Part shown: positions 25,738 to 33,867 of the stretch, piece after piece | Position numbering within the stretch: position 1 is the first letter of the stretch | Layout: every line of letters starts with the position of its first letter | Assembly (NCBI GenBank): GCA_031272805.1 | Contig: JAISTC010000029.1 | Coordinates: 1-58,969 of the forward strand | Length of the DNA stretch: 58,969 nt | Direction: 5' to 3' | DNA from: Propionibacteriaceae bacterium | GTDB taxonomy: Bacteria > Actinomycetota > Actinomycetes > Propionibacteriales > Propionibacteriaceae | Position numbers and translations under genes: made by a program | Notes under the pieces: model-generated | What the model was told of the DNA's origin: nothing | Database searches by the model: none | The model's input: only the letters and a program-made list of their open reading frames with translations

Positions 25738-27315
25738 TCACGCCCCGGGGGATTCGAGATTCAGCCACAAAGCCGGGCGCACGCCGCCGACAGCAGCCGG
25801 GACAACGAGGCCATAGTCATACAGGCGGCCGTCGGTGTTGACAAGGGCCGCGTAGCCAGGAACGTAGCCAGGCGAACGCAACCACCACCAAGCGTTGTCC
25901 CCTCCAGAGTCGACAGCGATTAGACCAGGGGCCATGAACCATCTGCTTCGGTGGCGCAGGAAATCGAGTGAAGACTTTCCCGCCAGGTAGAGCGCGCTCT
26001 CTTCGATGCTCAGCAGGAAGACCCGGTCTCGAGCGGGCCGGCCACCTGGCGTCGTCCAAGCGAGGTTGTCCTTAGTTCTAATGGTCGCCTCCGCCACCTG
26101 GTTTGCGAACGGTTTGCCCAGCCAGTCTAGGAATTCACTGTTGAGCCAGGTCCTGAGGTCGCACTCGCACCATGTCACGGCCTGCTGCTTGCCGTGGTAC
26201 GGCCCTCGCCCCACAACCTGGTCGGTCAGGAGCAACGCCCTCCGCTCGCCCTGCTTGCCCTTAACTGCCAGGACTCTCCATCTGTACCCGCTCAGCGTCA
26301 CGGACAAGGCCGTGTCCCGCCACACGGACTCACTGGGCTCGGGAGCTTGCCGCAGAATCGTCGCGGCGGCCGCCGCCACCTCCACCTCCGACGACGCAGG
26401 CCGACGCTCGCACGTGACCAGTCCTGACACATCCACCGGCCGCTGCGCCTTGCCCGCGGGTCGCCTCCGGCGCGCCGGCTCCCGACCCGGCTGGCCTGCA
26501 CCCAGCAGGCCCTTGATCTTCGCTACCAGCTGGGCGGCTTCCTTGTCGTACCGGTCTCCGGACAGGTCACAGTAGTGAAGGTCAGCCAGCGTGAGGCCGC
26601 CGCCCAGGTCCCGCGCCGGGATCTCGCCTGCGTCCAACCGAACTGGAACCAGCCACACCTGACCTGGCGGCCTTTGCCGAAACTCCTCCACCGCCAGGGT
26701 CAGCTCCTCATTCATGAAGGACTTCTGCTTACGCCGATAGTTCTCCGAGAAACACGCCAGGAACACGAGCGACTCGTTACGGATGGCCGTCCTGATCTTG
26801 TCCTTCCACAAGTCCCCGGGCCCGAGCTCGTTCCGGTCACGCCAGTACGGAATCTTGGCAGTCTTCAGGACAGCGCAGAGCCTGTCGACCGCGTCGGAGT
26901 CTTCCCTCACATACGAAATGAACACGCGCTTGCCCGCGACAGAGGCTGCGGCAGAGGTTGTGGCGGGCCTGCGGGCCGGTGTCCCGTCCTGTCCGTGTTC
27001 GTGCTGCTGCTTCCATGAGCGCAGGGTCTCGGCGCTGTAATCGGCGCCGTTGTTGGCGTCCACCTGGCTGTGATGGGTCGGGCACAAGATGATCCGGTTC
27101 GCGTAGGTCTCCACGAGGTCGGCCGGGTAGGCCGGGTCCCAGCGCGGCCCGCCAGGAGTGGCCGAGTGAATATGCGCCTCTTCCCCCCGAACACCGGGAC
27201 GGCCCGACGAGTTACCAGCGGCTCCTTCGACCAGCTTCTGATGGCAGCCAGGGAACGCACATTCGTTGCGCGACAGCGCCCACAACAGCTTGCGATCCTT
27301 CGCGGAGAGGCTCAC
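25738..27315 (-). CDS. 525-aa three-domain protein: N-terminal HNH nuclease + TIR domain + C-terminal DUF6273-like domain
   Basis: HNH: CAFPGC..EEAHIH..NRIILCPTHHSQVD..WKQQHE (aa ~8-106). TIR: KRVFISYVREDS...LVFLACFSENY...SFMNEELTLA (aa ~129-232). DUF6273-like: YRWRVLAV..ALLLTD..TWCECDLRTWLN..RVFLLSIEE..WWWLRSPG..GVRPALWLNL (aa ~340-520). The GTG start at 27315 is preceded by GAGGAG with 6-nt spacing. Confidence 0.85.
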   Translation of the reverse strand: MSLSAKDRKLLWALSRNECAFPGCHQKLVEGAAGNSSGRPGVRGEEAHIHSATPGGPRWDPAYPADLVETYANRIILCPTHHSQVDANNGADYSAETLRSWKQQHEHGQDGTPARRPATTSAAASVAGKRVFISYVREDSDAVDRLCAVLKTAKIPYWRDRNELGPGDLWKDKIRTAIRNESLVFLACFSENYRRKQKSFMNEELTLAVEEFRQRPPGQVWLVPVRLDAGEIPARDLGGGLTLADLHYCDLSGDRYDKEAAQLVAKIKGLLGAGQPGREPARRRRPAGKAQRPVDVSGLVTCERRPASSEVEVAAAAATILRQAPEPSESVWRDTALSVTLSGYRWRVLAVKGKQGERRALLLTDQVVGRGPYHGKQQAVTWCECDLRTWLNSEFLDWLGKPFANQVAEATIRTKDNLAWTTPGGRPARDRVFLLSIEESALYLAGKSSLDFLRHRSRWFMAPGLIAVDSGGDNAWWWLRSPGYVPGYAALVNTDGRLYDYGLVVPAAVGGVRPALWLNLESPGA

Positions 27316-27389
27316 GGTTCACTCCTCGGCCCAACGTGGCAGACGGGCTGTACTGGCCTAGTCTGTCACGCCCCGATCGCCCACCTGGT

Positions 27390-27545
27390 TCAGGCGGCGC
27401 TCAAGGCTCGTTGCACGGTGGTCTGGCTGACGCCGAGGGCGGCGGCGATGTAGCGGATGCTCCGGCCTTCTGCTCTCATCTGGGCGGCCGCCTCGGTCTT
27501 CACCTTCGTCGTCACGGTCGGCCGCCCGCCGACCCGGCCCCCGGC
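27390..27545 (-). pseudogene. Remnant of a serine recombinase (resolvase/invertase) C-terminal HTH domain
   Basis: My own translation of the minus strand gives ...AGGRVGGRPTVTTKVKTEAAAQMRAEGRSIRYIAAALGVSQTTVQRALSAA*. This is the GRP...IA..LGVS..TV.R HTH_7 pattern. No catalytic domain or credible start codon lies upstream. It is absent from the track in this frame. Confidence 0.5.
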
Positions 27546-27586
27546 CCGGGCGTGGATCAGGGGCCGGCGGGCGTTCTCCCGGCAGC

Positions 27587-27862
27587 GTGTCTCTGGGGGA
27601 ATCTTCCCTGAAGTTGGCGTATGCCAAGGCCCATGTGGCCGAGATCGAACAACGGCGTCACGTCTTCTTGGCGGCTGAGGCGGGGATGACTCAGCGTGAC
27701 ATCGCCCGGTCCGTCCACCTGTCCCAGCCGACCGTGCACCGGATGATCCGCCAGGCCAAGGCCCTCGGCGTGGACGAGTCCATCGAGGAGATCGTGTTGG
27801 CCCGGTTCGTGGGCGACATCGGCAACGACGAGGCGGACTCGGTCGTGGACGCCCATGCCTGA
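27587..27862 (+). CDS. Small helix-turn-helix protein (about 80-91 aa)
   Basis: ...AGMTQRDIARSVHLSQPTVHRMIRQAK... is an HTH motif. The start is uncertain (GTG 27587 or TTG 27614). Confidence 0.55.
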   Translation: MSLGESSLKLAYAKAHVAEIEQRRHVFLAAEAGMTQRDIARSVHLSQPTVHRMIRQAKALGVDESIEEIVLARFVGDIGNDEADSVVDAHA

Positions 27863-27873
27863 CCTGAGGGACG

Positions 27874-28102
27874 CCCCCCTGTCATCCTGAGCGCAGCGAA
27901 GGATCTCGCCCCGCTACCGAGCCGCCCCGCCACCCCCCTTGTCATTCCGGCGACAGCCGGAATCTTGAAGCACTGTTGTCGGCCATCCGGGAAAGATCCC
28001 GGCTTTCGCCGGGATGACAGAGAAGGGGGCCGGGATGACGACCCAGGGGGATCGTCGGCGGCGGAGAGATCCTTCGCTGCGCTCAGGATGACAGAGGAGG
28101 GG
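27874..28102. repeat. Nested inverted array of family-2 hairpin units (A, B, B-inverted, A-inverted)
   Basis: A is CTGTCATCCTGAGCGCAGCGAAGGATCTC (27879-27907). B contains ATTCCGGCGACAGCCGGAAT (27944-27963). B-inverted contains ATCCCGGCTTTCGCCGGGAT (27996-28015). A-inverted is GAGATCCTTCGCTGCGCTCAGGATGACAG (28066-28094). Confidence 0.85.
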
Positions 28103-28134
28103 GACAGCCCTGGGCCAACCCAGGACTGTCCCCC
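28099..28134 (-). terminator. Long stem-loop just downstream of the acyl-CoA dehydrogenase stop
   Basis: GGGGGACAGCCCTGGG-CCAA-CCCAGGACTGTCCCCC forms a 16-bp stem with 1 mismatch. It starts 14 nt after the stop at 28149 and is followed on the minus strand by TCCTCTGTC. Confidence 0.55.
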
Positions 28135-28148
28135 TCGCGGGTGCTGGG

Positions 28149-29291
28149 TTACTTGCGGAGGACCAGGCGGGAGATCACCATGCGTTGGATTTCGCTGGTG
28201 CCTTCGTAGATCTCCGTGATGCGGGAATCGCGGTACATGCGCTCCACCGGGTAGCCCTCGATGTAGCCGTTGCCGCCGTGGACCTGGACGGCCCGGTGCG
28301 TCACGCGCGTGGCCAGCGGGCCGCAGTACAGCTTGGCCATCGACGCCTGCTGGCTGAACGGCAGGTGGCGGTCTTCCAGGTCCGCCGCCTCGTAGACGAG
28401 GGACCGGCCGGCGGCGATCTCCGTCGCCGAGTCCGCGATCATCCACTGGATGGCCTGCTGCTCCGCGATCGGCTTGCCGAACTGGACGCGCTGCTTGGCG
28501 TAGTCGACCATCTCCTCGAACGCCCCCTGGGCGATGCCGAGGGCCTGGGCGGCGATGCCCGTCCGGCCGCCGTCGAGGCCCGACATGGCGACCTTGAAGC
28601 CGTCGCCCTCGTTGCCGAGGAGCGCGGAGGCCGGCACGCGGCAGTCCGAGAACTGCAGGGCGCACGTCGACGAGCCCCGGATGCCCATCTTGCGCTCGGG
28701 GTCGCCGATGGCGAAGCCCGGGGTGCCGCGGTCCACCAGGAACGCGGAGATGCCCCGGGTGCCGCCCTCGTCGGACGTCCGGGCCAGGACGCAGAAGACC
28801 TTGGCGAACCCGGCGTTCGTGATGAAGATCTTCTGGCCGTTGAGGACGTACGAGTCGCCGTCCTTGACCGCCTTGGTCTTGAGCGCCCCGGCGTCGGAGC
28901 CGGCGGACGGCTCGGTCAGGCAGAAGGAGCCGATGATGTCGCCGGACGCCATGCCCGGCAGGTACTTCTGCTTCTGCTCCTCGTTGCCCCAGCGGACGAT
29001 GTTGGCGCAGGCCAGGCCGCCGTGGACGTCCACGATGACGGACGTCGTGGCGCAGACCCGGGCCAGCTCTTCGATCGCGATGACGAAGCTCAGGTAGTCC
29101 GTCGCCGAACCGCCGTACTCCGCCGGGATGGTCATGCCCAGGATGCCCATTTCCGCCAGTTTCGGCAGGGTCTCCAGGGGCGGGCGGTGCTCCCGGTCGA
29201 GGGTCGCCGCCAAGGGCTTGACCTCGGCCTCGGCGAACTCGCGGATGGATGAGCGGACGATCTCCTGCTCATCGGACAAGTGATAAGGCAT
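28149..29291 (-). CDS. Acyl-CoA dehydrogenase, short-chain/butyryl-CoA type (paralogue 1), 380 aa
   Basis: MPYHLSDEQE..., GSFCLTEPSAGSDAG and ...[14 protein letters not shown]. The ATG at 29291 is preceded by GGAGGGAAC. The track ORF 28149..29918 was trimmed. Confidence 0.93.
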   Translation of the reverse strand: MPYHLSDEQEIVRSSIREFAEAEVKPLAATLDREHRPPLETLPKLAEMGILGMTIPAEYGGSATDYLSFVIAIEELARVCATTSVIVDVHGGLACANIVRWGNEEQKQKYLPGMASGDIIGSFCLTEPSAGSDAGALKTKAVKDGDSYVLNGQKIFITNAGFAKVFCVLARTSDEGGTRGISAFLVDRGTPGFAIGDPERKMGIRGSSTCALQFSDCRVPASALLGNEGDGFKVAMSGLDGGRTGIAAQALGIAQGAFEEMVDYAKQRVQFGKPIAEQQAIQWMIADSATEIAAGRSLVYEAADLEDRHLPFSQQASMAKLYCGPLATRVTHRAVQVHGGNGYIEGYPVERMYRDSRITEIYEGTSEIQRMVISRLVLRK

Positions 29292-29311
29292 GTTCCCTCC
29301 TCGGCGGCGGA

Positions 29312-30163
29312 TCAGGCGTACGTGTAGAAGCCGCGGCCGGACTTCTTGCCCAGCCAGCCGGCCTTGACGTACTGCCGGAGCAGCGGGCAGGGCCGGTACT
29401 TCGAATCGCCGTAGCCCTCGTGCATGATCTCCATGATCGCCAGGCACGTGTCCAGGCCGATGAAGTCGGCCAGCGTCAGCGGGCCCATCGGGTGGTTCAT
29501 GCCGAGCTTCATGACCGTGTCGATGTCCTCGACCGTGGCCACGCCCTCGTAGAGCGAGTAGACGGCCTCGTTGATCATGATCATGAGCAGGCGGTTGGAG
29601 ATAAAGCCGGGGACGTCGCGGACCTCGACCGGGGTCTTGCCCAGGTCGATGGCCTCCTGGCGGACCGTCGCCGTCGTCTCGTCCGACGTGGCGATGCCGC
29701 GGATCATCTCGACCAGCTTCATGACCGGGACCGGGTTCATGAAGTGCATGCCGATGACCTTGTCGGGCCGCTTCGTGTGGGCGGCGATCTCCGTGATCGG
29801 CAGCGACGACGTGTTCGACGCGAGGATCGTGGCCGGCGGGCAGAGCTCGTCGAGCTGCGAGAAGACCTTGGCCTTGACGTCCATGTTCTCCACGATCGCC
29901 TCCACGACGAGGTCGCACTCGGCGGCCGGGTCGAGGCTCGTCGTCGGGATGAGGTTGGCGAGGGCCTTGGCCTTGTCGTCCTCCGTGATCCGGCCCTTGG
30001 AGATGTCCTTCGTCAGCAGCGAGTCGATGAAGGCGATGCGCTTGTCGATGAAGGTCTGGTCGACATCGTTGAGGTAGACCTTGCGCCCGGCCTGGGCCAT
30101 CACTTGGGCGATACCGCCGCCCATCTGGCCGGCGCCGATCACCATCGCGGTGGAAATTGTCAT
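29312..30163 (-). CDS. hbd: 3-hydroxybutyryl-CoA dehydrogenase
   Basis: Rossmann motif [14 protein letters not shown], plus NTSSLPITE and GFISNRLL. 283 aa after trimming. Confidence 0.93.
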   Translation of the reverse strand: MTISTAMVIGAGQMGGGIAQVMAQAGRKVYLNDVDQTFIDKRIAFIDSLLTKDISKGRITEDDKAKALANLIPTTSLDPAAECDLVVEAIVENMDVKAKVFSQLDELCPPATILASNTSSLPITEIAAHTKRPDKVIGMHFMNPVPVMKLVEMIRGIATSDETTATVRQEAIDLGKTPVEVRDVPGFISNRLLMIMINEAVYSLYEGVATVEDIDTVMKLGMNHPMGPLTLADFIGLDTCLAIMEIMHEGYGDSKYRPCPLLRQYVKAGWLGKKSGRGFYTYA

Positions 30164-30198
30164 TGTGGGTTTCTCCTTTGGGATAGATGTGTGGGTGG

Positions 30199-31395
30199 TT
30201 AGACGGTTTCGACCCAGACAGCGTCGCCTTGGGCCATGCCGGAGCAAATGGCCGCCACGCCCGACTTTAGCCCGGAGCGGCGGAGCTGGTTGATGAGGGT
30301 CATGAGAATGCGGGCGCCCGTGGCGCCGATCGGGTGGCCGACGGCGACGGCGGAGCCGTTGACGTTGACCTTGGCGTCCATCGTGGCCTCGTCCATCCCG
30401 AGGATGCCGAGGCAGCTCACGAGCGGCACGGCGGCGAACGCCTCGTTGACCTCGATCAGGTCGAACGAGTCGAGGGTCAGGTTGTGCTTGGCCATGAGCT
30501 TCTGCATGGCGAGGCCGGGCACCGTGGCGATGTACTTCGACTCGGCGGCGGCCTGGGCGTAGCCCTTGATGACGGCGAGGATGGGGCAGCCCAGCTCCTC
30601 GGCCTTGGCCCGGTCCATCACGACCACGGCCGTGGCGCCGTCGTTCGTGCCGGGCGCGTTGCCCGCCGTGACGGTGCCGTCCTTGATGAACAGCGGCGGC
30701 AGCTTGGCCAGGCCTTCGAGCGTCGTGTCGGGGCGGGGGGCCTCGTCCTTGGCCACGACCGTCGACGTGCCCTTCGGGCCCGGCACGGTCACGGGGAAGC
30801 GCTCCTCGTCGAAGAAGCCCGCGGCCTCGCCCGCGGCCCAGCGCTGCTGGCTGCGGTACGACCAGGCGTCCTGCTGCTCGCGCGTGATGCCGTACTCGCC
30901 GGCCACGGAGCCGCCGATGACGGCCATGTGGACGTCGTTCTCGGGGCACCACAGGCCGTCCAAGACCATGGCGTCCTTCATCACGGCGTCGTTCATCCGG
31001 GCGCCCCAGCGCATGGCCGGGACGAGGTACGGGATGTTGCTCATCGACTCCATGCCACCGGCCACGACGACCTGGGCGTCGCCCGCCTTGATCATCTGGG
31101 TGGCGAGCGTCACGGCCTTGAGCGCGGAGCCGCAGACCTTGTTGATCGTGACGACGGGCACCGAGTGGGGCACGCCGCCCTTGATCGAGGCCTGGCGCCC
31201 GGGGATCTGGCCCTGGCCGGCCGGGACGACCATGCCCATGACGACCTCGTCGACCTGGTCTCCCTGGAGGCCGGCCCGGCGCAGCGCCTCGGCGATGGCG
31301 AGGCCGCCGAGGTCGACGGCCTTGAGCGGCTTGAGCCCGCCGCCGAACTTGCCGAACGGCGTGCGCGCCGCGGCCACAACCACTACTTCTGTCAT
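30199..31395 (-). CDS. Acetyl-CoA C-acetyltransferase (thiolase), copy 1
   Basis: [19 protein letters not shown]..., active-site context [11 protein letters not shown], and C-terminal ...[25 protein letters not shown]. Confidence 0.93.
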   Translation of the reverse strand: MTEVVVVAAARTPFGKFGGGLKPLKAVDLGGLAIAEALRRAGLQGDQVDEVVMGMVVPAGQGQIPGRQASIKGGVPHSVPVVTINKVCGSALKAVTLATQMIKAGDAQVVVAGGMESMSNIPYLVPAMRWGARMNDAVMKDAMVLDGLWCPENDVHMAVIGGSVAGEYGITREQQDAWSYRSQQRWAAGEAAGFFDEERFPVTVPGPKGTSTVVAKDEAPRPDTTLEGLAKLPPLFIKDGTVTAGNAPGTNDGATAVVVMDRAKAEELGCPILAVIKGYAQAAAESKYIATVPGLAMQKLMAKHNLTLDSFDLIEVNEAFAAVPLVSCLGILGMDEATMDAKVNVNGSAVAVGHPIGATGARILMTLINQLRRSGLKSGVAAICSGMAQGDAVWVETV

Positions 31396-31447
31396 TCTTT
31401 CCCTTTCTAGTTGACTGGCCGCGCAAGCGTGGCGCGGCCCGCGGAGG

Positions 31448-33013
31448 TTAGATAGTGAGGCCCATCGGCGCATCCGTGAAGATGCGCGGGTCCATTTCCT
31501 TGAGATCCGGGGAGATGAAGGGCTTGAACTCCATCTGGCCCAGGATGTCTTGGTCGAGGTCGACGCCGGGCGCGATCTCGATGAGCTCGATCCCGCCCTT
31601 GACGAGGCGGAAGACGGCCCGCTCCGTGATGTAGTAGACCTGCTTGCCGGTGTCGGCGGCGTACTCCCCGGAGAACGTGATCTGCTCGACGGCGGTCTTG
31701 AACTTGATGGAACGGCCCTCCTTGGCGATGGTCAGCTTGCCGCCGCCGATCTGGTACTCGTTGCCGCCGGCCGTGAACGTGCCGACGAACGCGACGAGCG
31801 GGGTCGACTGCGAGATGTTGATGAAGCCGCCGGGGCCGACGACGCGGCCGCCGAACTTCGACACGTTGACGTTGCCGACCTGGTCGATCTCGGCCGCGCC
31901 GAGGACGGCGAGGTCGATGCCGCCGCCGTCGTAGATGTCGAACGTGGCGACGTGGGAGATGATCGACTCGGGGTTGAGGGCGTTCGTGATGCGGAGCCCG
32001 CCGAGCGGGACGCCGCCGTAGATGCCGGCCTCAATGGACATCGAGATCTCGTCGGCCACGCCCTCTTCGGCGGCCACGGCGGAGACGGATTCGGCGATGC
32101 CGATGCCGAGGTTGACGTGGTAGCCCGCCTTGAGGAGGAACGCGGCGCGGCGGCCGCAGATCTTCCGCTCGGTCAGCGGGTCGGGCGTGAACGCCGAGAG
32201 GGGCACGCGGGTCTCGCCCGACCACTCGGGGTGGTAGTCGGGGTCGATCAGGCACTGCCTGTGCAGGTCCGGGTCGGCCACGACGACGTAGTCGACCAGC
32301 AGGCCGGGGATGACGACACCGTGCGGCGGCAGAGTGGCGCGCTCGACCATCCGGGCCACCTGGGCGATGACGATGCCGCCCGAGTTGTGCGTGGCCGTGG
32401 CCATCTCCAACTGGTCGAACGTGATCGACTCGCGCTCGATCGAGAGGTTGCCGGCCTCGTCGGCCGACGTCGCGCGAATGAAGCAGACGTCGATCGGGCG
32501 GGTCTTGTAGCGGAGATACTCGACCCCGTCGAACTCGACCAGTTCGACGACCGACTTGCCGGCGTCACGCGCGGCCTGGTTGCCCAGGCAGCCCTCGACT
32601 CGGGGGTCGGCGAAGGTCTTCAGGCCGACGGTCGTGAAGACGCCGGGCTTGTGGCCGGCCTGGGCGCGGATCAACTGGGCGTTGACGCCCTGCGGCACGA
32701 TGTAGGCGGGGAACGAGTTCTGGTTGACGAGGGCGGCCATCTTGGGCGACGTGCCCAGGTGGCCGCAGTGGAGCTCGCCCACGAGGCCCTCCTGGGCCAG
32801 GGCGTTCATGCCGCCGTCGGCGGGGCCGTCGCCGATGCCGGACTCGTAGAACAATGTGATGCCCTTCGGGCTGGCGGTCTCCCGGTAGCGGGCGGCCAGG
32901 GCCTGGATGAGGGCTTCGGGCACCGAGGTGCAGATGATGCCTTGGACGCCGAGCGTCTGGCCGTCCTGGACCAGGGCGGCCGCTTCTTGGGCTGTGATGA
33001 ATTGGGTGGCCAT
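31448..33013 (-). CDS. Family I acyl-CoA:carboxylate CoA-transferase, fused alpha/beta (propionate CoA-transferase/YdiF-like)
   Basis: 521 aa. N-terminal ...ITAQEAAALVQDGQTLGVQG... The catalytic-Glu region ...SIEAGIYGG... is typical of Pct/YdiF-type enzymes. Confidence 0.85.
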   Translation of the reverse strand: MATQFITAQEAAALVQDGQTLGVQGIICTSVPEALIQALAARYRETASPKGITLFYESGIGDGPADGGMNALAQEGLVGELHCGHLGTSPKMAALVNQNSFPAYIVPQGVNAQLIRAQAGHKPGVFTTVGLKTFADPRVEGCLGNQAARDAGKSVVELVEFDGVEYLRYKTRPIDVCFIRATSADEAGNLSIERESITFDQLEMATATHNSGGIVIAQVARMVERATLPPHGVVIPGLLVDYVVVADPDLHRQCLIDPDYHPEWSGETRVPLSAFTPDPLTERKICGRRAAFLLKAGYHVNLGIGIAESVSAVAAEEGVADEISMSIEAGIYGGVPLGGLRITNALNPESIISHVATFDIYDGGGIDLAVLGAAEIDQVGNVNVSKFGGRVVGPGGFINISQSTPLVAFVGTFTAGGNEYQIGGGKLTIAKEGRSIKFKTAVEQITFSGEYAADTGKQVYYITERAVFRLVKGGIELIEIAPGVDLDQDILGQMEFKPFISPDLKEMDPRIFTDAPMGLTI

Positions 33014-33269
33014 CGTGTTCCTTCTCTACGCTGGACCGGAGGCAACGCTGGCGGATCCGGTCCCACCTTGCTCCCCTGCGGGCTGCTCTGTCCGCGACCT
33101 TGGTGGGGGGCGCTTAGCCACACTACTAGGGGCGATGAGTCCGCGCCAGGCGCGCCGGGGGCCGTCTCACGGGTTGGAGCGTGGAGAACACCACACTGAG
33201 AAGACTCACGCGGACTGTGCACGAAATTGCAGGTATCTGTCGTGGGGAGGGGCATGCGTGCGGGGCCGG

Positions 33270-33460
33270 GCGCCACGGTGTCAGGCCCGCTGGCTGTCGC
33301 TCGTGCCTCGCTCCGTAGCCAGCGCGCCCGACCCCATGGCTGTCCCTCGCGCCTCGCTCCGTAGCCAGCGCGCCCGACCCCATGGCTGTCCCTCGTACCT
33401 CGCTCCGTAGCCAGCGCGCCCGACCCCATGGCCCGACCCCATGGCCCGACCCCGTGGCTC
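33270..33460. repeat. REP-like family-1 cluster, three tandem units plus partial units
   Basis: GCCACGGTGTCAGGCCCGCTGGCTGTCGCTCGTGCCTCGCTCCGTAGCCAGCGCGCCCGACCCCATGGC is followed by two shortened copies and CCCGACCCCATGGCCCGACCCCGTGG. Confidence 0.85.
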
Positions 33461-33473
33461 CAAACAAACGGAC

Positions 33474-33506
33474 GGGCGGACGATCGGGGGATCCGATCGC
33501 CCGCCC
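33474..33506 (-). terminator. Stem-loop about 75 nt downstream of fixX
   Basis: GGGCGGACGATCGG-GGGAT-CCGATCGCCCGCCC forms a 14-bp stem with 1 mismatch. Confidence 0.4.
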
Positions 33507-33579
33507 GCCCTCAGCGGCTGACTCCGCGGCGGGTACAGAACCGGGGAATCAGCCGTCGAGACCCTGACGGATCTTGGGC

Positions 33580-33867
33580 TCAGCCTTCGCGGAACTGCAC
33601 GCCGAAGCCGCCGCGCGGGTAGTGCCACGAGAGCGCCCCCGGGTCGGCGAGTTCGAAGCAGGTCCCGCACTCGAGGCACGCGGCGTATTCGACCGCCACG
33701 TTCCCGTCCGCGCCGAGGGAGTAGACCTGGGCGGGGCAGGCCGCGATGATGCGTTCCGCCGTGCCCGTGGACTTGGCCAGTTCCTGGTTGACAACGATGT
33801 GCGGCTCTTCCTCGTCGAGGATGAACCGGTTGCCGCCGAGGCGCTGCGCGACTGGTGCGAGTTTCAT
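33580..33867 (-). CDS. fixX: Ferredoxin-like protein FixX
   Basis: 95 aa. Contains ...CPAQVY... and CLECGTC.., and overlaps the fixC stop. Confidence 0.85.
   Translation of the reverse strand: MKLAPVAQRLGGNRFILDEEEPHIVVNQELAKSTGTAERIIAACPAQVYSLGADGNVAVEYAACLECGTCFELADPGALSWHYPRGGFGVQFREG

Noticed and set aside
27358-27627. Track ORF (89 aa, minus strand) in the HTH region.
   Set aside because: Its translation is Arg/Pro/Asp-rich nonsense. A different minus-strand frame gives a clean resolvase-type HTH (reported as a pseudogene fragment). The plus strand gives the small HTH gene.
33270-33460. Possible CRISPR array, with regularly spaced direct repeats here and at 53760-53905 and 20394-20612.
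   Set aside because: The units are contiguous or overlapping copies of one palindromic element with no unique spacers of 25-40 nt. No cas genes are in the window. The same element occurs singly and in both orientations.
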